The position numbers and the translations under genes are program-made. Of a stretch of DNA of 64,000 bases, positions 12,481 to 24,885 are shown in pieces. Source of the stretch: Octopus vulgaris (taxonomy: Eukaryota); contig OX597816.1 of the NCBI GenBank assembly GCA_951406725.2, positions 139,314,001 through 139,378,000 on the forward strand, given 5' to 3'. The notes beneath the pieces were generated by a model. It saw only the letters and a list, made by a program, of their open reading frames with translations, had not been told where the DNA came from and ran no database searches. How positions within the stretch are numbered: the first letter of the stretch is position 1; each line of letters begins with the position of its first letter.

Positions 12481-12703
12481 ACTCTTTTTACTCTTTTATT
12501 TGTTTCAGTCATTTGACTGCTGCTATGCTAGAGCACCGCCTTTAGTCGAGAAACTCGACCCCGGGACTTATTCTTTTGTAAGCCCAGTATTTATTCTATC
12601 GGTCTCTTTTACTGAACCGCTAAGTAACGGGGACATAAACACACCAGCATCGGTTGTCAAGCAATGCTAGGGGTACAAACACAGACACACAAACACACAC
12701 ACA

Positions 12704-12765
<62 letters not shown>

Positions 12766-12932
12766 TACGACGGGCTTCTTTTCAGTTTCCGTCTACCAAA
12801 TCCACTCACAAGGCTTTGGTCGGCCCGAGGCTATAGTAGAAGACGCTTGCCTAAGGTGCCACGCAGTGGGACTGAACCCGGAACCATGTGGCTGGTAAAC
12901 AAGCTACTTACCACACAGCCACTCCTGCGCCT
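12481..12932 (-). mobile_element. SINE family B, full length, low divergence
   Basis: Complete head, CORE-like segment, internal (TA)n/(CA)n and tail ending in gtaaaaga repeats. Confidence 0.92.
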
Positions 12933-12934
12933 AT

Positions 12935-12975
<41 letters not shown>

Positions 12976-13035
12976 CGTAGACAGGGACTGAAACAAATCG
13001 ATCCTATATATATGTATATATGTAAGTGTATGTGT

Positions 13036-15760
13036 TTTGGTATTGGCAACATGAATGACAATGGCCAGAGACTACTTGAATTTTGCACATACCATAACCT
13101 GTGCATCACTAACACATTCTTTGCCAACAAGACATCCCATAAGGCATCTTGGAGACATCCAAGATCTCACCACTGGCATCAGCTGGATCTCATCATTACA
13201 CGAAGACCCTTTCTGAATTCTGTTCAACTGACTCGTAGTTACCACAGCGCGGATTGTGACACAGATCATTCACTAATAAGAAGCAGGGTGAGGATTCTGC
13301 CTAAAAAGTCCATCACTCCAAGAAAATGGGCCGACCACGCATTAACACTGCCAGAACCTCCGACCCTACACTGCGACAATGTTTTGCTGTTTCTATCAAA
13401 GTTGCCCTCAGTAGCTGCCCAACCCCCTCTGCTGAAAGTAGGTGGAATTATATCAGGGAAGCTTTGTATACCACATCAATAGATACTTTCGGCATGAGAG
13501 AAAGGCAAAACCCAGATTTTGTTCAGTGCTGGGCTCTCAGAGCTGGAAACAGTTATCGAAACAAAGCGTGCAGCTCTGATGTAATACAAGAGTGATTCTT
13601 CTATAAAGTCACTCGAAGAACTCAGAAAGGCAAGAAATAAAACCCAACTGACTGCCAGACGCTGTGCAAATAGGTATTGGCAGGAAATCTGTCAGAGTAT
13701 CCAGTCAGCTGCTGACAGTGGCGACACCCATGGGATGTATGCCGGTTTGAAGAAGGCCTTCGGTCCATCCGCAACCAAGTCAGCCCCTCTGAAATCAACT
13801 ACTGGGGATCTCATCAAGGACCAAAGCAAGCAAATGGATAGATGGGTGGAGTACTACCAGGATCTTTACTCACGAGAGACCACGGTAGCTGAGGCTGCAA
13901 TCGAGGGTGTCAAGATCTTGCCAGTCATGTGTGAACTTGACAGTCTGCCATCTATAGCAGAGCTCACCAAGGCTATTGACTCCCTAGTAAGTAACAAGGC
14001 TCCGGGAAAAGACGGCATCCCCTTAGAGATCATCAAAACCGGCAAAAACACCATCCTGCTTCGGCACATTCATGAGCTTCTGCGTCAGTGCTGGGAAGAG
14101 GGTACAGTCCCTCAGGATATGCTGGATGCTAACATCATTACGCTTTACAAAAACAAAGGTGAACGTGGTGATTGTAACAATTACCGTGGAATATCTCTTC
14201 TAAGCACTGTTGGAAAGGCTTCTGCTCGCATTATCCTGTCCAGGCTGCAATTGCTTGCTTCTCGAATTTATCCAGAATCGCAGTGTGGCTTTAGAAGAAG
14301 CAGATCAACTATTGACATGATATTCTCCATACGCCAACTTCAGGAGAAGTCCAGAGAGCAGAAAATGCCATTATTCATTGATCTGACAAAGGCCTTTGAC
14401 TTGGTAAGTAGAAAAGGCTACTTCATCCTGCTCCAAAAAATCGGATGTCCACCAAAGCTGCTGAGGATCATCACATCTTTCCATGATGACATGCAAGGCA
14501 CCATACAGCACAATGGTTCAACATCAGCCGCCTTCCAAATAAAAAATGGGGTAAAGCAAGGTTGTGTCCTTGCTCCTACATTATTTGGCATCTTCTTCTC
14601 GCTGCTGCTGTCACATGCCTTTGTGACATCAGATGATGGAGTGTTTCTGCACAGTAGAAGTGATGGGAAACTGTTCAATCTCTCGTGTCTGCGTGCCAAG
14701 ACCAAAATCAGAAGCGTCCTGATCGAGGAGATGCTATTTGCTGATGATGCCGCTCTGGTATCACACACAGAAGAAGCCATACAAAGGCTCATCAACTGTT
14801 TTGAGCAAGCATGTGGCAACTTTAGCTTATTTATCAGCCTCAAGAAGACCAACATCCTGGGTCAGGCTACATCGACCATCCCAAACATACATATTGGAGA
14901 CCACAGGCTACAGGAGGTGGAGAAGTTTACCTATTTTGGCTCTACCGTCACCTACAACCTATCCCTTGATACTGAGCTCAATATACGCATTGGCAAGGCA
15001 GCTGCTGTGATGGCCCAACTCTTCAAACGGGCATGGGACAACAATAAGCTGACCAAGACCACAAAAATCAAGATTTACCAGGCATGTGTACTTAGCACTC
15101 TACTGTATGGAAGTGAGACTTGGACGCCATACACACGCCATACGACGCCATACGTCGCCTAAATATCTTTCACCTGCACTGCCTCCAGAAAATCCTTCGC
15201 ATCAAATGGCAGAATCATGTCCCCGACAAAGATGTCCGCAAGCAAGCAGGAATACGAAGCATGTTTACACTCCTCACACAAAGACGTATGAGATGGCTTC
15301 GACATGTTAGCCGTATGGAAGATAGCAGAATCTCCAAGGACATACTCAACGGAGAACTTGCTAGGGGCACTAGGTCTGTGGGAAGACCGTTCTTATGATA
15401 CAAGGATGTTTGCAAAAGGGACATGAATGCCTGCAACATCAATATTACCAACTGGGAAGCAGTTGCCAGCAACCGTGGAGATTGGCGACGTACCGTAAAA
15501 GAGGGAACACAAAGAAGTGACATAGAGGGAGAAGAGAAATGGAAAGACAAGAAAAGACGTCAACAAGAAAGTATGACATTACAAACAGCCAGGCAAAGTC
15601 TTCGCTACATTTGCGGCACCTGCCAGAGGGAGTGTTTGTCCAGGATAGGACTACACAGCCACAGCAGGAGATGTATTAGGACATGAAATGTAACAGCCGG
15701 ACTAGATTATTTTATGCGCAACTCCATTGTCTCCCGAAACAAAAAGGATGTCAACAACAA
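13036..15760 (+). mobile_element. 5'-truncated RTE/BovB-type LINE with (CAA)n tail
   Basis: APE C-terminus (NDNGQRLLEFC, DCDTDH), RT domain, C-terminal CGTCQRECLSRIGLHSHSRRC, and a caacaacaa tail. Flanked by a 64-bp duplication. Confidence 0.95.
13735..15162 (+). pseudogene. Reverse transcriptase ORF fragment of the RTE LINE (475 aa)
   Basis: KAPGKDGIP, NYRGISLL, ESQCGFR, FIDLTKAFD, GVKQGCVLAPTLF and LFADD. The full ORF is broken by frameshifts near 13320, 13520 and 15130 and by a stop near 15396. Confidence 0.93.
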
Positions 15761-15769
15761 TATATATGG

Positions 15770-15970
15770 ATTTCGTAGACAGGAACTGAAACAAATCAAT
15801 CGTATATATATGTATATATGTAAGTGTATGTGTGTGTCTTTGTCTCTGTGTTTCGCCCTCACCGCTGCTTCACAGCTGCTGTTCATTTATTTACATCCAC
15901 AAAACTTGCTGGTTTCACAAGAACAAACTAATAGAATAAGTACTGGGCTTATCAACATAAAAAAGCACTA
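15770..15970 (+). mobile_element. Old SINE-B 3' part (host of the RTE insertion)
   Basis: atttcgtagacaggaactgaaac...tagaataagtactgggctta, a diverged SINE-B body. Confidence 0.65.
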
Positions 15971-16424
15971 GGCTCTGTCTCGTATTTTTGTTTGCCCGCT
16001 CAGTTGTATCTATTAATTTATCTTTGTGTGTGTGTGTGTGTGTGCGTGTGTATCTATATCTATATATATATATATATATACATACATATATATACATATA
16101 TATATAACACCCTAATGGGATCCTTAACTCCCAAATTTTAGTAATTTCTTTTATGATCCAAAACTACTGAATGGATCTTTATGAAATTTGGAAATTATAT
16201 TCTAAGCATAAGGGCCATAACCCCCTTATGCTAGAAATCGTGCCGCTCGAAGCTTCAGTCATATTACCTATGTATAAGAACCAACAACCCATATAATTCA
16301 TAGAAATTGTACGAGACATATGTTGACCACATTTAAGTGCAGACACAACTTGTATATATATACATACATATATATGTGTGTGTGTGTATACATATATACA
16401 TACATACAAATATATATATGTATG

Positions 16425-16498
<74 letters not shown>

Positions 16499-16534
16499 AG
16501 TGTCCATACTTGCACTTTAAAGTGCACCATGATA

Positions 16535-16720
16535 TAATCTTTTCTACTCTAAGCACAAGGCCCGAAATTTTTGGAGAGGGGGCCAGTCGATTAGATCGTC
16601 AGTATGCAACTGGTAATTAATTTATCGACCTCGAAAGGATGAAAGGCAAAGTTGACATCGGTGGAATTTGAACTCAGAACGTACAGACAGACGCTAACGT
16701 TTCTGCCAGTTGGTCACCTA
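16535..16720 (-). mobile_element. SINE family A (type-2 tail)
   Basis: aagcacaaggcccgaaattt...tttatcgacctcgaaaggatgaaaggcaaagt...ctgccagttgg. Confidence 0.85.
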
Positions 16721-16771
16721 TGATAAATAAACAATGACCTCTTCTGGGCATTTTAACAGCTAATTTTCGTT

Positions 16772-16806
<35 letters not shown>

Positions 16807-16824
16807 GAATCATTCTCTATCAAT

Positions 16825-17480
16825 TCCCCTGTGTCACAGGTTTCTGTTTTGGTCCTGTTGCTACAAACTATATCTCAAGCATCTATTTTCTATCAAATCC
16901 GAAAAATCCCTATTTAACACTCCATTCATCCCAAACCGTCAGACCATAGGCGTTTGACGTTTACCACTTAGATACCTCGCATCAAAACTATACTGATTCT
17001 TATGAACAAAGATCTGAAAAAAAAAGAAAAAACTTCCGATGTAATCATCTTTGATCTTGTTACTTGTGACAGCGCAAATACCGTCACTAAACATTACAAG
17101 AAAACATTGAACTCTCACCTCCTAAACTTTTACACTATACAGTAGGAATCCTCGTAGTCGCTTGAAGTGACAGACCTTACTATCACCAATGAATTAACAA
17201 AACGAACACACAACCTCAACATAGCATAGCCTCAATCACAAAGATTGAGCTTCTTCGGAGCAAAAAAATACTCCAGCTCCCGACAATTGCTAACATTCTA
17301 AAACATCACTTGGGACCCAAAATGGAGGTCTGTTCTGGCAACATTGATGCTGCTGCTGTCACATACCTAAACATACCAGTCATAATCCAAAGAAATGCGG
17401 CACAACTGATTAGCGCGAAGTCACTCACTAATACACCACAACCACTAGATCGCAGATTCGTTATTTCAACACTCTGAAAT
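16825..17480 (+). mobile_element. Highly decayed CR1/L2-like LINE RT fragment
   Basis: Degenerate QGSVLGP-like start and KYSSSRQLLTF..PKMEVCS..IQRNAAQLI..SLT.TPQPL C-terminal RT region; similar to 25980-26330. Confidence 0.55.
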
Positions 17481-18824
17481 CTTCTGAAATTCTCTTTTAG
17501 ATAGCCATTATATTTACATCAACGCTTTTAAACATGCATACACATCTGTACAGGGAGTTTTATTTTTCATTGTATTTACATAAAATGTCATTGAAATGAA
17601 TTAAATCGGATATATTACATCCCTCGCCATTAGATGTACACATGCATGGTTAATTGAAATGTTTACTTCCGCACATCTATTGTCTATACATTTCCTCCAA
17701 TACAACATACACCACTTAGTTGGTTTGAGACCAAATATAAAATAAGTTAGTAGCATTTAGAGCTGACATGTGGGAAGTTGAAAGCTTGGCAATGTTTCTA
17801 TAGAGACAGAACAAGGAGGATAGCAGAGAACTGAAGAGAGAAAGCTAACATATTTGTACGTGTGAAATATAATAAAGGTGTCTTGTAAAAACTTCCCATC
17901 AATAAAAATCCTAATTTATTGATGGGTGTAAGAATTTAAGTTCTATTTGGAATTCAATAAATCCTACAGCACAAAATTGACTGCCATTCCATGGTTGCAA
18001 TGAAATAGAAAGCATGTGGATTGACGACCATGTTCAAATTATCGTACGTCCTTTCTACATTAGAAAATCTGTTTCCAATAAAAGATCTAAAGAATAATCA
18101 CTTGTTTCCCTGTAACATATCTGAGCCTAACGTGGGTGGAGCGGACGGCGCGGGCTGTCAGAGTTCACAATGATTACTCTGTCTCCCAATCAGTATGACC
18201 AGGATAAATAATATCAATGTCTTTCCACCAGCCCAAGAACCTCGTAATCCTTGGAGTAAAACTATCTCACCTACCTCTGGTCTATCTCGCCTGCTCCTGG
18301 CCTCTCTTGCCTGCATTTGGTCAGTCTCGTCTGTCTCGCTTGCTCCTGATTTGATTCGCCTGCTTCTGATCAGTCTCGTCTGCTCTCGTCTGTCTCATCC
18401 ACCTCTCGTCTGTCTCGCCTGCTTCTGGTGTGCCTCATGACCTCCTGGTCTCTCGCACGACTAAACAGCTGGACTTATTGTGGTGGTGGTTAGGGTTTTC
18501 TTCAAAATTGCAATCATGAAACGGTCATTTCTTTAGATCAAGGATCCAGGAGGTGTATTTTAAACCGATGGTGTTGCAGTTCTCTGCACCTTCCACGTAA
18601 CTATGTCTTTTGTTAAAGTGCTGCATAGTCAGTCTTAGTATTCATTGCTCACTGATGGCTGAAGCTTCTTGAAGTCATCGTGCCTCTGCAGCAGTGGGGC
18701 TCCCGCATTTTCGACAATAAAGTACTGTCACATCTGTAACTTCCGACTGGAATATATAGCATAATTGTGAGTCACTGGTCTCCTGCATTGAAGTGTCCTC
18801 ATTTATTAATATTTTGGAGTTTGA

Positions 18825-19030
18825 AGGCGGCGTACTGGTAGAAACCTTAGCACGGCAGGCGAAATGCTTAACGATATTTCGTCTGTCTTTATGTTTTGAG
18901 CTCAAATTCCACCGAAGTCGACTTTTTTATCCTTTTGGGATCGATAAATTAAGTACCAGTTGTGTACTGGAGTCGATCTAATCGACTGGCACCTTACCCA
19001 AAAATTTCGGGCTTTGTGCCTAGAGCAGAA
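18825..19030 (+). mobile_element. SINE family A, full length (type-2 tail)
   Basis: ggcggcgtactggtagaaacc...gagctcaaattcc...gatcgataaattaagtaccag...ttcgggctttgtgcctagag. Confidence 0.88.
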
Positions 19031-19099
19031 AATAATATTTTGCTGGGTTATCGTCAAAATCGACAGACGTCCTATCATGTGTGTTCGTATATAACTACG

Positions 19100-19132
<33 letters not shown>

Positions 19133-19294
19133 GGATGTGGATGTATGTAAGTATGCATATGTTTTATTTGTTTCACTCATTGGGCCTCGGCCATACTGGA
19201 GCACCGTCCTGTAAATTTTTAATTGAACAAATCGCCCGCAGGATATATTTTTAATTCTGGTGCTTGTACTTTCACTTTTGACGAAATGCTATAT

Positions 19295-19985
19295 CATATA
19301 TGTAGGTGTATGTATGTATGTATGCATGCTTGCATGTATGTATGCATGCATATATGCATGTATGTATGTATGTAGGTATGCATATATGTATGTATATGCG
19401 TATATACGCTTATATGTACATATGTATGCATCCATGTATGTACTTATGCATGTATGTATGTAGGCATGCATATATACATGTATGTATGCATGTATATATG
19501 TATATACGCTTGTATGCACATATGTATGTATGCATGTACGTATGTATGTATATATGTATGTATTTATGCATTATGTATGTATGCATGTATGTATGTATTC
19601 ATGTTGGTATGTATGTATATATGCATGCATGCATGTTTGTAGGTATTATGTTTGTATGTATGTATGTATGTTGCTTGTATGCATGTATGTATGCATTATT
19701 GTATGTAAGCATGCATGTTTGCATATATGTATACAATATGCATGTATCTTTGTATGCATGTATGTGTGCATGTATGTATGTATGTATGTATGTACGCATG
19801 TATGTATGTACGCATGTATGTATGCAGGCATGCATATTTGACACTTCGAGCTCGCACACACACACACACATACACACAAACACACATAGATGCGCACACG
19901 CACATACACACACACACACATACACACATAAACGCATACACACATGTAAGCACAGAGATATTTAGAGACATACGCACGTACGCAG
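19295..19985. repeat. Degenerate (TATG/CATG)n array followed by (CA)n
   Basis: Direct inspection; source of the MYVC-type pseudo-ORFs. Confidence 0.95.
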
Positions 19986-20229
19986 ATTTCTTCGACTAAC
20001 GCATTCAATGTAATCGTTACCGATTATGCGTGTGTGAATGAGTGTGTGTGTGTGTGTGTGTGTTTTAGTATACACCGCTCCGACTCTGCTACCGTTGGTG
20101 GTGCTGCTCTAGCTAATGCAGTTAGTTTTCCTCTCCCTTTCTCTCCCTTTTCCTCGTACCTTTTCCTTTCAGTTTCTCCCTAACACCTTCTTCCCTCCAT
20201 TTCTTCTCTCTTATACGACTTAAATGTTT

Positions 20230-20430
20230 GCCGTTTCACCTGCCAATTCGTCTTTTGTTCCGACGTGGTCGGATCTCTGCGTACGGCTTTCATTGCAGTG
20301 ACGTCAGAGTCACATGATCGTACTGAATTTTCCCGGAAGTCATCTGACAATTGACATGGCAGGTGTTTAATTGTTTGTTCGTTTCTATCTTGAAGTTCTT
20401 TCCGCTAACATTCTGGCAGACGTCATCTGT
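20230..20430. promoter_or_regulatory. Candidate enhancer/promoter with a dense TF motif cluster
   Basis: CACCTG 20237, TGACGTCA 20299, GTCACATGA 20309, TTCCCGGAA/CCGGAAGT 20330-20340, CATCTG 20341 and CAGGTG 20360, all in unique sequence. Confidence 0.45.
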
Positions 20431-20643
20431 CATCTATGATTCCACTCAGTCGTTTAGTTTCATTCAAATATTCTCATTCCTTCCTTTATTCCTTCATTCA
20501 TTCATTCATTCATTCATTCTCTGTTTATGATCTTTTTTCTGTCTTTCTTCGTCAGATTTTTTTTTTCTTTCCTTTACTTTCCTCCACCTCATCATCATCC
20601 TCATCCCTTCTCTTCGTATTTATGTGTCTATGTGTTCGTATGC

Positions 20644-20676
<33 letters not shown>

Positions 20677-20905
20677 TGTATTTATGTATGTATATACGTT
20701 TGTATAGATGAATGTGTGCGTTACTCTGCGTATGTGTTTGTGCGTGTGTGTGTGTGTGTACGAGTGAGAGTGTGTATGTGTGTGTATATACAGAGAGAGA
20801 GAGAGAGGGAGAAAGAAAGAGAGAGAAAGACATACACACACCGATGCACACACACATATATGTATGCCTGGATATATAAGTATGCGTGCATAGATGTGTG
20901 CGTTA

Positions 20906-20955
<50 letters not shown>

Positions 20956-21324
20956 TATAATACACACATTTTTATATGTATGTGTGTACGTGTGTGTGTG
21001 TGTGTGTGCGTGCGTCTGGGTGTCTGTGTGCCTGTGTGTGTCTGTGTGTTCATAGTGTTACATACACCACGCGCACGAGAATTTGAAATTAGACATATAA
21101 CTCTTTTGAAAAAACTAATTTAGCGTCACTGTGTGTAAAAATTGCATTTTATTGAAGAAAACAAACGTCGTTTATTAAATTAAAAATTATTAGGAAAAAA
21201 CGTTGTTGTTAAATGCAATACAAACAAATTATTTTCTCCATGATGTCAGTGCTTCTGCCATTTTGCATATAAAGATAAATTAATTTAGGTGGCTTTGATC
21301 GCGTTTGTGAGTGAATATACGATA

Positions 21325-22629
21325 CAGTGTGCGATGGATAAATTGTCGCAATCGTATATTTTTTATTTCGCACATGCATTTTGTTTCCATTTGATTTTGT
21401 CGACTACACAATATGGTAGGGTCAGTTGGGCACCGTCTGTGAGAAAAACAGCACCATTACCGAATTCACTCAGCCAGAAATTTGGAAACGACATGCTGTA
21501 CTTCTTGGCATACGCACCGGAAGGTCCAATACGAACATTTCGGAGTGTTCGGGTGTTAATCTGAGGATAGTGCAGAGGATTCGGAAGGAGTTAGATGAAG
21601 CTAATAGTGATTGCGCAGGTATGGCAGCTCGGAAAACTCAATCTGATCGTTCTGATAAGAAAATAATTCCTGAATTTGTTGTTGAGATCCAGGTCATGAT
21701 TGACAATGACTCCCTCCAAGTCAATCAAGTCCATCACCAAGGACATGGGAGTGTCTGAGTTTCTTATCAGGCAGGTAGTGCATGAAGACATTCGGTATTC
21801 CTCATATAAGTTGGGAAAAGGCCATTTTTTATCCCAAGCCATCAAGAACCAGAAGAAAGACCGTGCTACGCTTTTCAACAAACTCAAGCATCCCCTCCAA
21901 CCGAACATGCTTTGATTTTTCTTAAACGTGAAAAATTTCCGCCAGGATCAGACGGTGAACACACAGTACAACTACTGGCTTGAAGTTTCTCCAAAACATG
22001 TTCCAAGAGTGATAAAAATCAAACATCCAGTCAACATCATGGTGTGTGGAATGATCATTAGTGATGGCGACATTGTGCCTCCATTCATCTTCTCACACGG
22101 CCTCACACTCAACACAGAGGCTTACATTAAGTGCCTGGAGGAGGTAGTGCTGTCCTGGGTCAAGAGGATGGCTGTTGGAAGATCTTATGTCTGGCAACAG
22201 GACTGTAAACCATGCCACACAAGCAGTAGTACCCAGTCATGGCTGTCAGACAATTTCTGCGATCACATCACCCCTAACATCTGGCCACCTATCTCCCCAG
22301 ACTGCACCCCTTCCTTGATTATTATGTGTTAGGCGCAGCTGAGCGAGAGAGCAACAAAACTCCCTGTAACACCAAAGATGAACTGAAGGCAAGGGTTATG
22401 GCAACATTCACCAACTTAAACAAGGAGTCTATCCAGAAGAGTTGCAGGAGATTCGGAAGCCTTCTTAGAGGCCGTGGTTGAATCCTATGGCGATTTTATT
22501 GACTAAATATACTCTTTAGTATTTCAAGATATTTTTATGCAGTTTTGGTAAATACATCTGTTAAAATTGAAAGTTAGCGTTGATTTCATTTTTGCGTAAT
22601 TTAGACGACAATATGTTCACCGCACCTTG
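21325..22629 (+). mobile_element. Decayed maT/DD37D-like Tc1/mariner transposon
   Basis: TIRs cagtgtgcgatggataaattgtcg / cgacaatatgttcaccgcaccttg. KHPVNIMVCG and WQQD...WPPISPDCTP motifs, with about 37 residues between the 2nd and 3rd catalytic D after frameshift correction. Confidence 0.85.
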
Positions 22630-22894
22630 TCTATAGTTATAAGCCACTGCTTTCTTCTAAAGACGGAATGTAGATAATCTTTCTATTCTAATCTAACGGT
22701 TTAGATCGCATTTATTTCTGTAGAGATAAAGGTTGTGGTACAGTAACTTTGTTTACAAATATGAATACCATACTGCTTAAATGTAAGTAGACACGTATGC
22801 ACGCAGCGCACATGCATGCAATCACGTACACACACACACACATACACACACACAATATGTGTGTATGTATAGAGTATCAAATGTGTGTGTGTGT

Positions 22895-22944
<50 letters not shown>

Positions 22945-23055
22945 AAGTATAAATTGTGAGCAAGGTCGCAATAGTTCGTTTTGCGACGATAATGTATCAC
23001 CAAGTATATTGAAAGTTGATGACATGTCCAACGTTAAAATGAGAATATCGCACTG

Positions 23056-23260
23056 CTCTTTTATTCTTTTACTCTTTTACTTGTTTCAGTCATTTGACTG
23101 CGGCCATGCTGGAGCACCGCCTTTAGTCGAGCAAATCGATCCCAGGACTTATTCTTTGTAAGGCTAGTGCTTATTCGGTCTTTTTTGCCGAACCGCTAAG
23201 TTACGGGAACGTAAACACACCAGCATCGGTTGTCAAGCGATGTTGAGGGGTCAAACACAG

Positions 23261-23315
<55 letters not shown>

Positions 23316-23449
23316 AGACGGGCTTTCAGTTTCCATCTACCAAATCTGCTCACAAGGCTTTGGTCAGCCCGAGGCTATAGTAGAAGACACTGAACCCGGG
23401 ATCATGTGGTTGTTAAGCAAGCTACTTACCACGCAGCCACTCCTACGCC
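23056..23449 (-). mobile_element. SINE family B, near full length, flanked by a 51-bp direct duplication
   Basis: Aligns to 12481-12932. Flanks 23005-23055 and 23450-23500 match at 47/51. Confidence 0.92.
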
Positions 23450-23969
23450 TATATTAAAAGTTGATGACAAGTCCAACGTTAGGATGAGAATATCGCACTG
23501 TTAATAAAAACCTTCAATATACTTGGTAGTATAGTATGGTTGCAAAATGAAACACCGTGTCCTAGCTAGCAATTAATATTTACGTACCAGCTGCTAGGAG
23601 TGTGTTTGATATCTAAACTGGACTATCCTATAATAGCCCGCTGAAATTTTTGTGGGTACTTAAGCAATGCGTTTGTGGGGAATTGATAGGTTGGATATGA
23701 AGCTGGGGAAAGAATAGTAAGTATTGATATATGCATATGCACAGGTTTCTTTTTTATTTTAATCTTCGATGGAATTGTATACATTGACACATTCCTATGC
23801 TAAATCCCGTAACTTACTGTGCAGGCTGTGAATTCTGTAGGAAATATAAAGGTTCGACATAAGAGACGGATTGAATAAGCACTATGCTTAGGAAATAAGT
23901 TCTGAGGTCGATTTGATCGACTAAAACACTTCAAGAATTAATGAATATATACATAAATGTCGAGGAACA

Positions 23970-24105
23970 GGCAGGGCTGTATGATTGCTTCCCAATCACA
24001 TGGCTCCGAGTTCAGTTCCACTGCGTAGCACCTTGGGCAAGTATCTTCTTGGGCCGACCAAAACCTTGTGAGTGAATTTGGTTGACGGAATCTGAATGAG
24101 GTCTG

Positions 24106-24172
<67 letters not shown>

Positions 24173-24245
24173 CATGTATGTATACATATATGTGTGTATG
24201 TGTATTTGTCTATGTGTGTATGTCTTTGTGTCTGTGTTTGTTACC
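23970..24245 (+). mobile_element. SINE family B 5' part with expanded (GT)n
   Basis: cacatggctccgagttcagttccactgcgtagcaccttgggcaagt...ttgtgagtgaatttggttgacgg. Confidence 0.8.
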
Positions 24246-24319
24246 CAGCGTCATCCACACACGCCAGCTTAATTTAATTCATCCTTAGTCGAAAGAACCT
24301 GTTGTTATTTGTATTTGTG

Positions 24320-24800
24320 TAACTATCTCCGTTTTTTCCGTCCTTGTTTTCGTATACATTCGCTACTTTCTTCCAAGGAATCTAAAGCGCTTACCTTATT
24401 TTTTCCTTGGGGCTGGCCAGATTGGAGCAATCTCGAGTATAACCAGCCAAAATTGCAAAGATAATCTGGAACTCGACTGAGGAAAGAAAACTTCGAATGA
24501 CCTGCACTTATTTTCTTTGTATCATCTGTCTGGATGTTCTGTTATCCCTTTTTTTATCACCTAATTGTGTGGATGCTTTGCGTTCTTGTCCCATTTTGTA
24601 TTTTTTATATATATGTATATTGCGGCGTACGTGCACTTTGGTCTCTTATATATATATATATATATCAAATTAAATACAAGGTTAAAATCTATATAAGAAT
24701 TTATCTAGTAGTCAGCGTGAAAAATCAGTTAAGGGAAACATTTATGCACAATATATAATTAACTTATTCCCTTTTAAATACATTTATTATATTAAGGGCA
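24320..24800. repeat. Unclassified interspersed repeat fragments (possibly Penelope-derived)
   Basis: T-rich repeat-like tracts bounded by (TA)n, similar in style to 41900-42290 and 7130-7350. No diagnostic motif. Confidence 0.3.
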
Positions 24801-24819
24801 TTTACATGTAGTAATGCCC

Positions 24820-24860
<41 letters not shown>

Positions 24861-24885
24861 GTGGGTGTGGGTGTATATACATACA

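Noticed and set aside
12664-13035. N-terminal half of the 272-aa ORF as part of the LINE protein
   Set aside because: It is read-through of antisense SINE-B and (TA)n; endonuclease homology begins only at about 13036.
19260-21123. Long [12 protein letters not shown] ORFs (also at 26.7-28.9, 37-40.8, 48, 54 and 57-58 kb)
   Set aside because: These are translations of stop-free (TATG)n, (TA)n, (CA)n and (TATC)n repeats.
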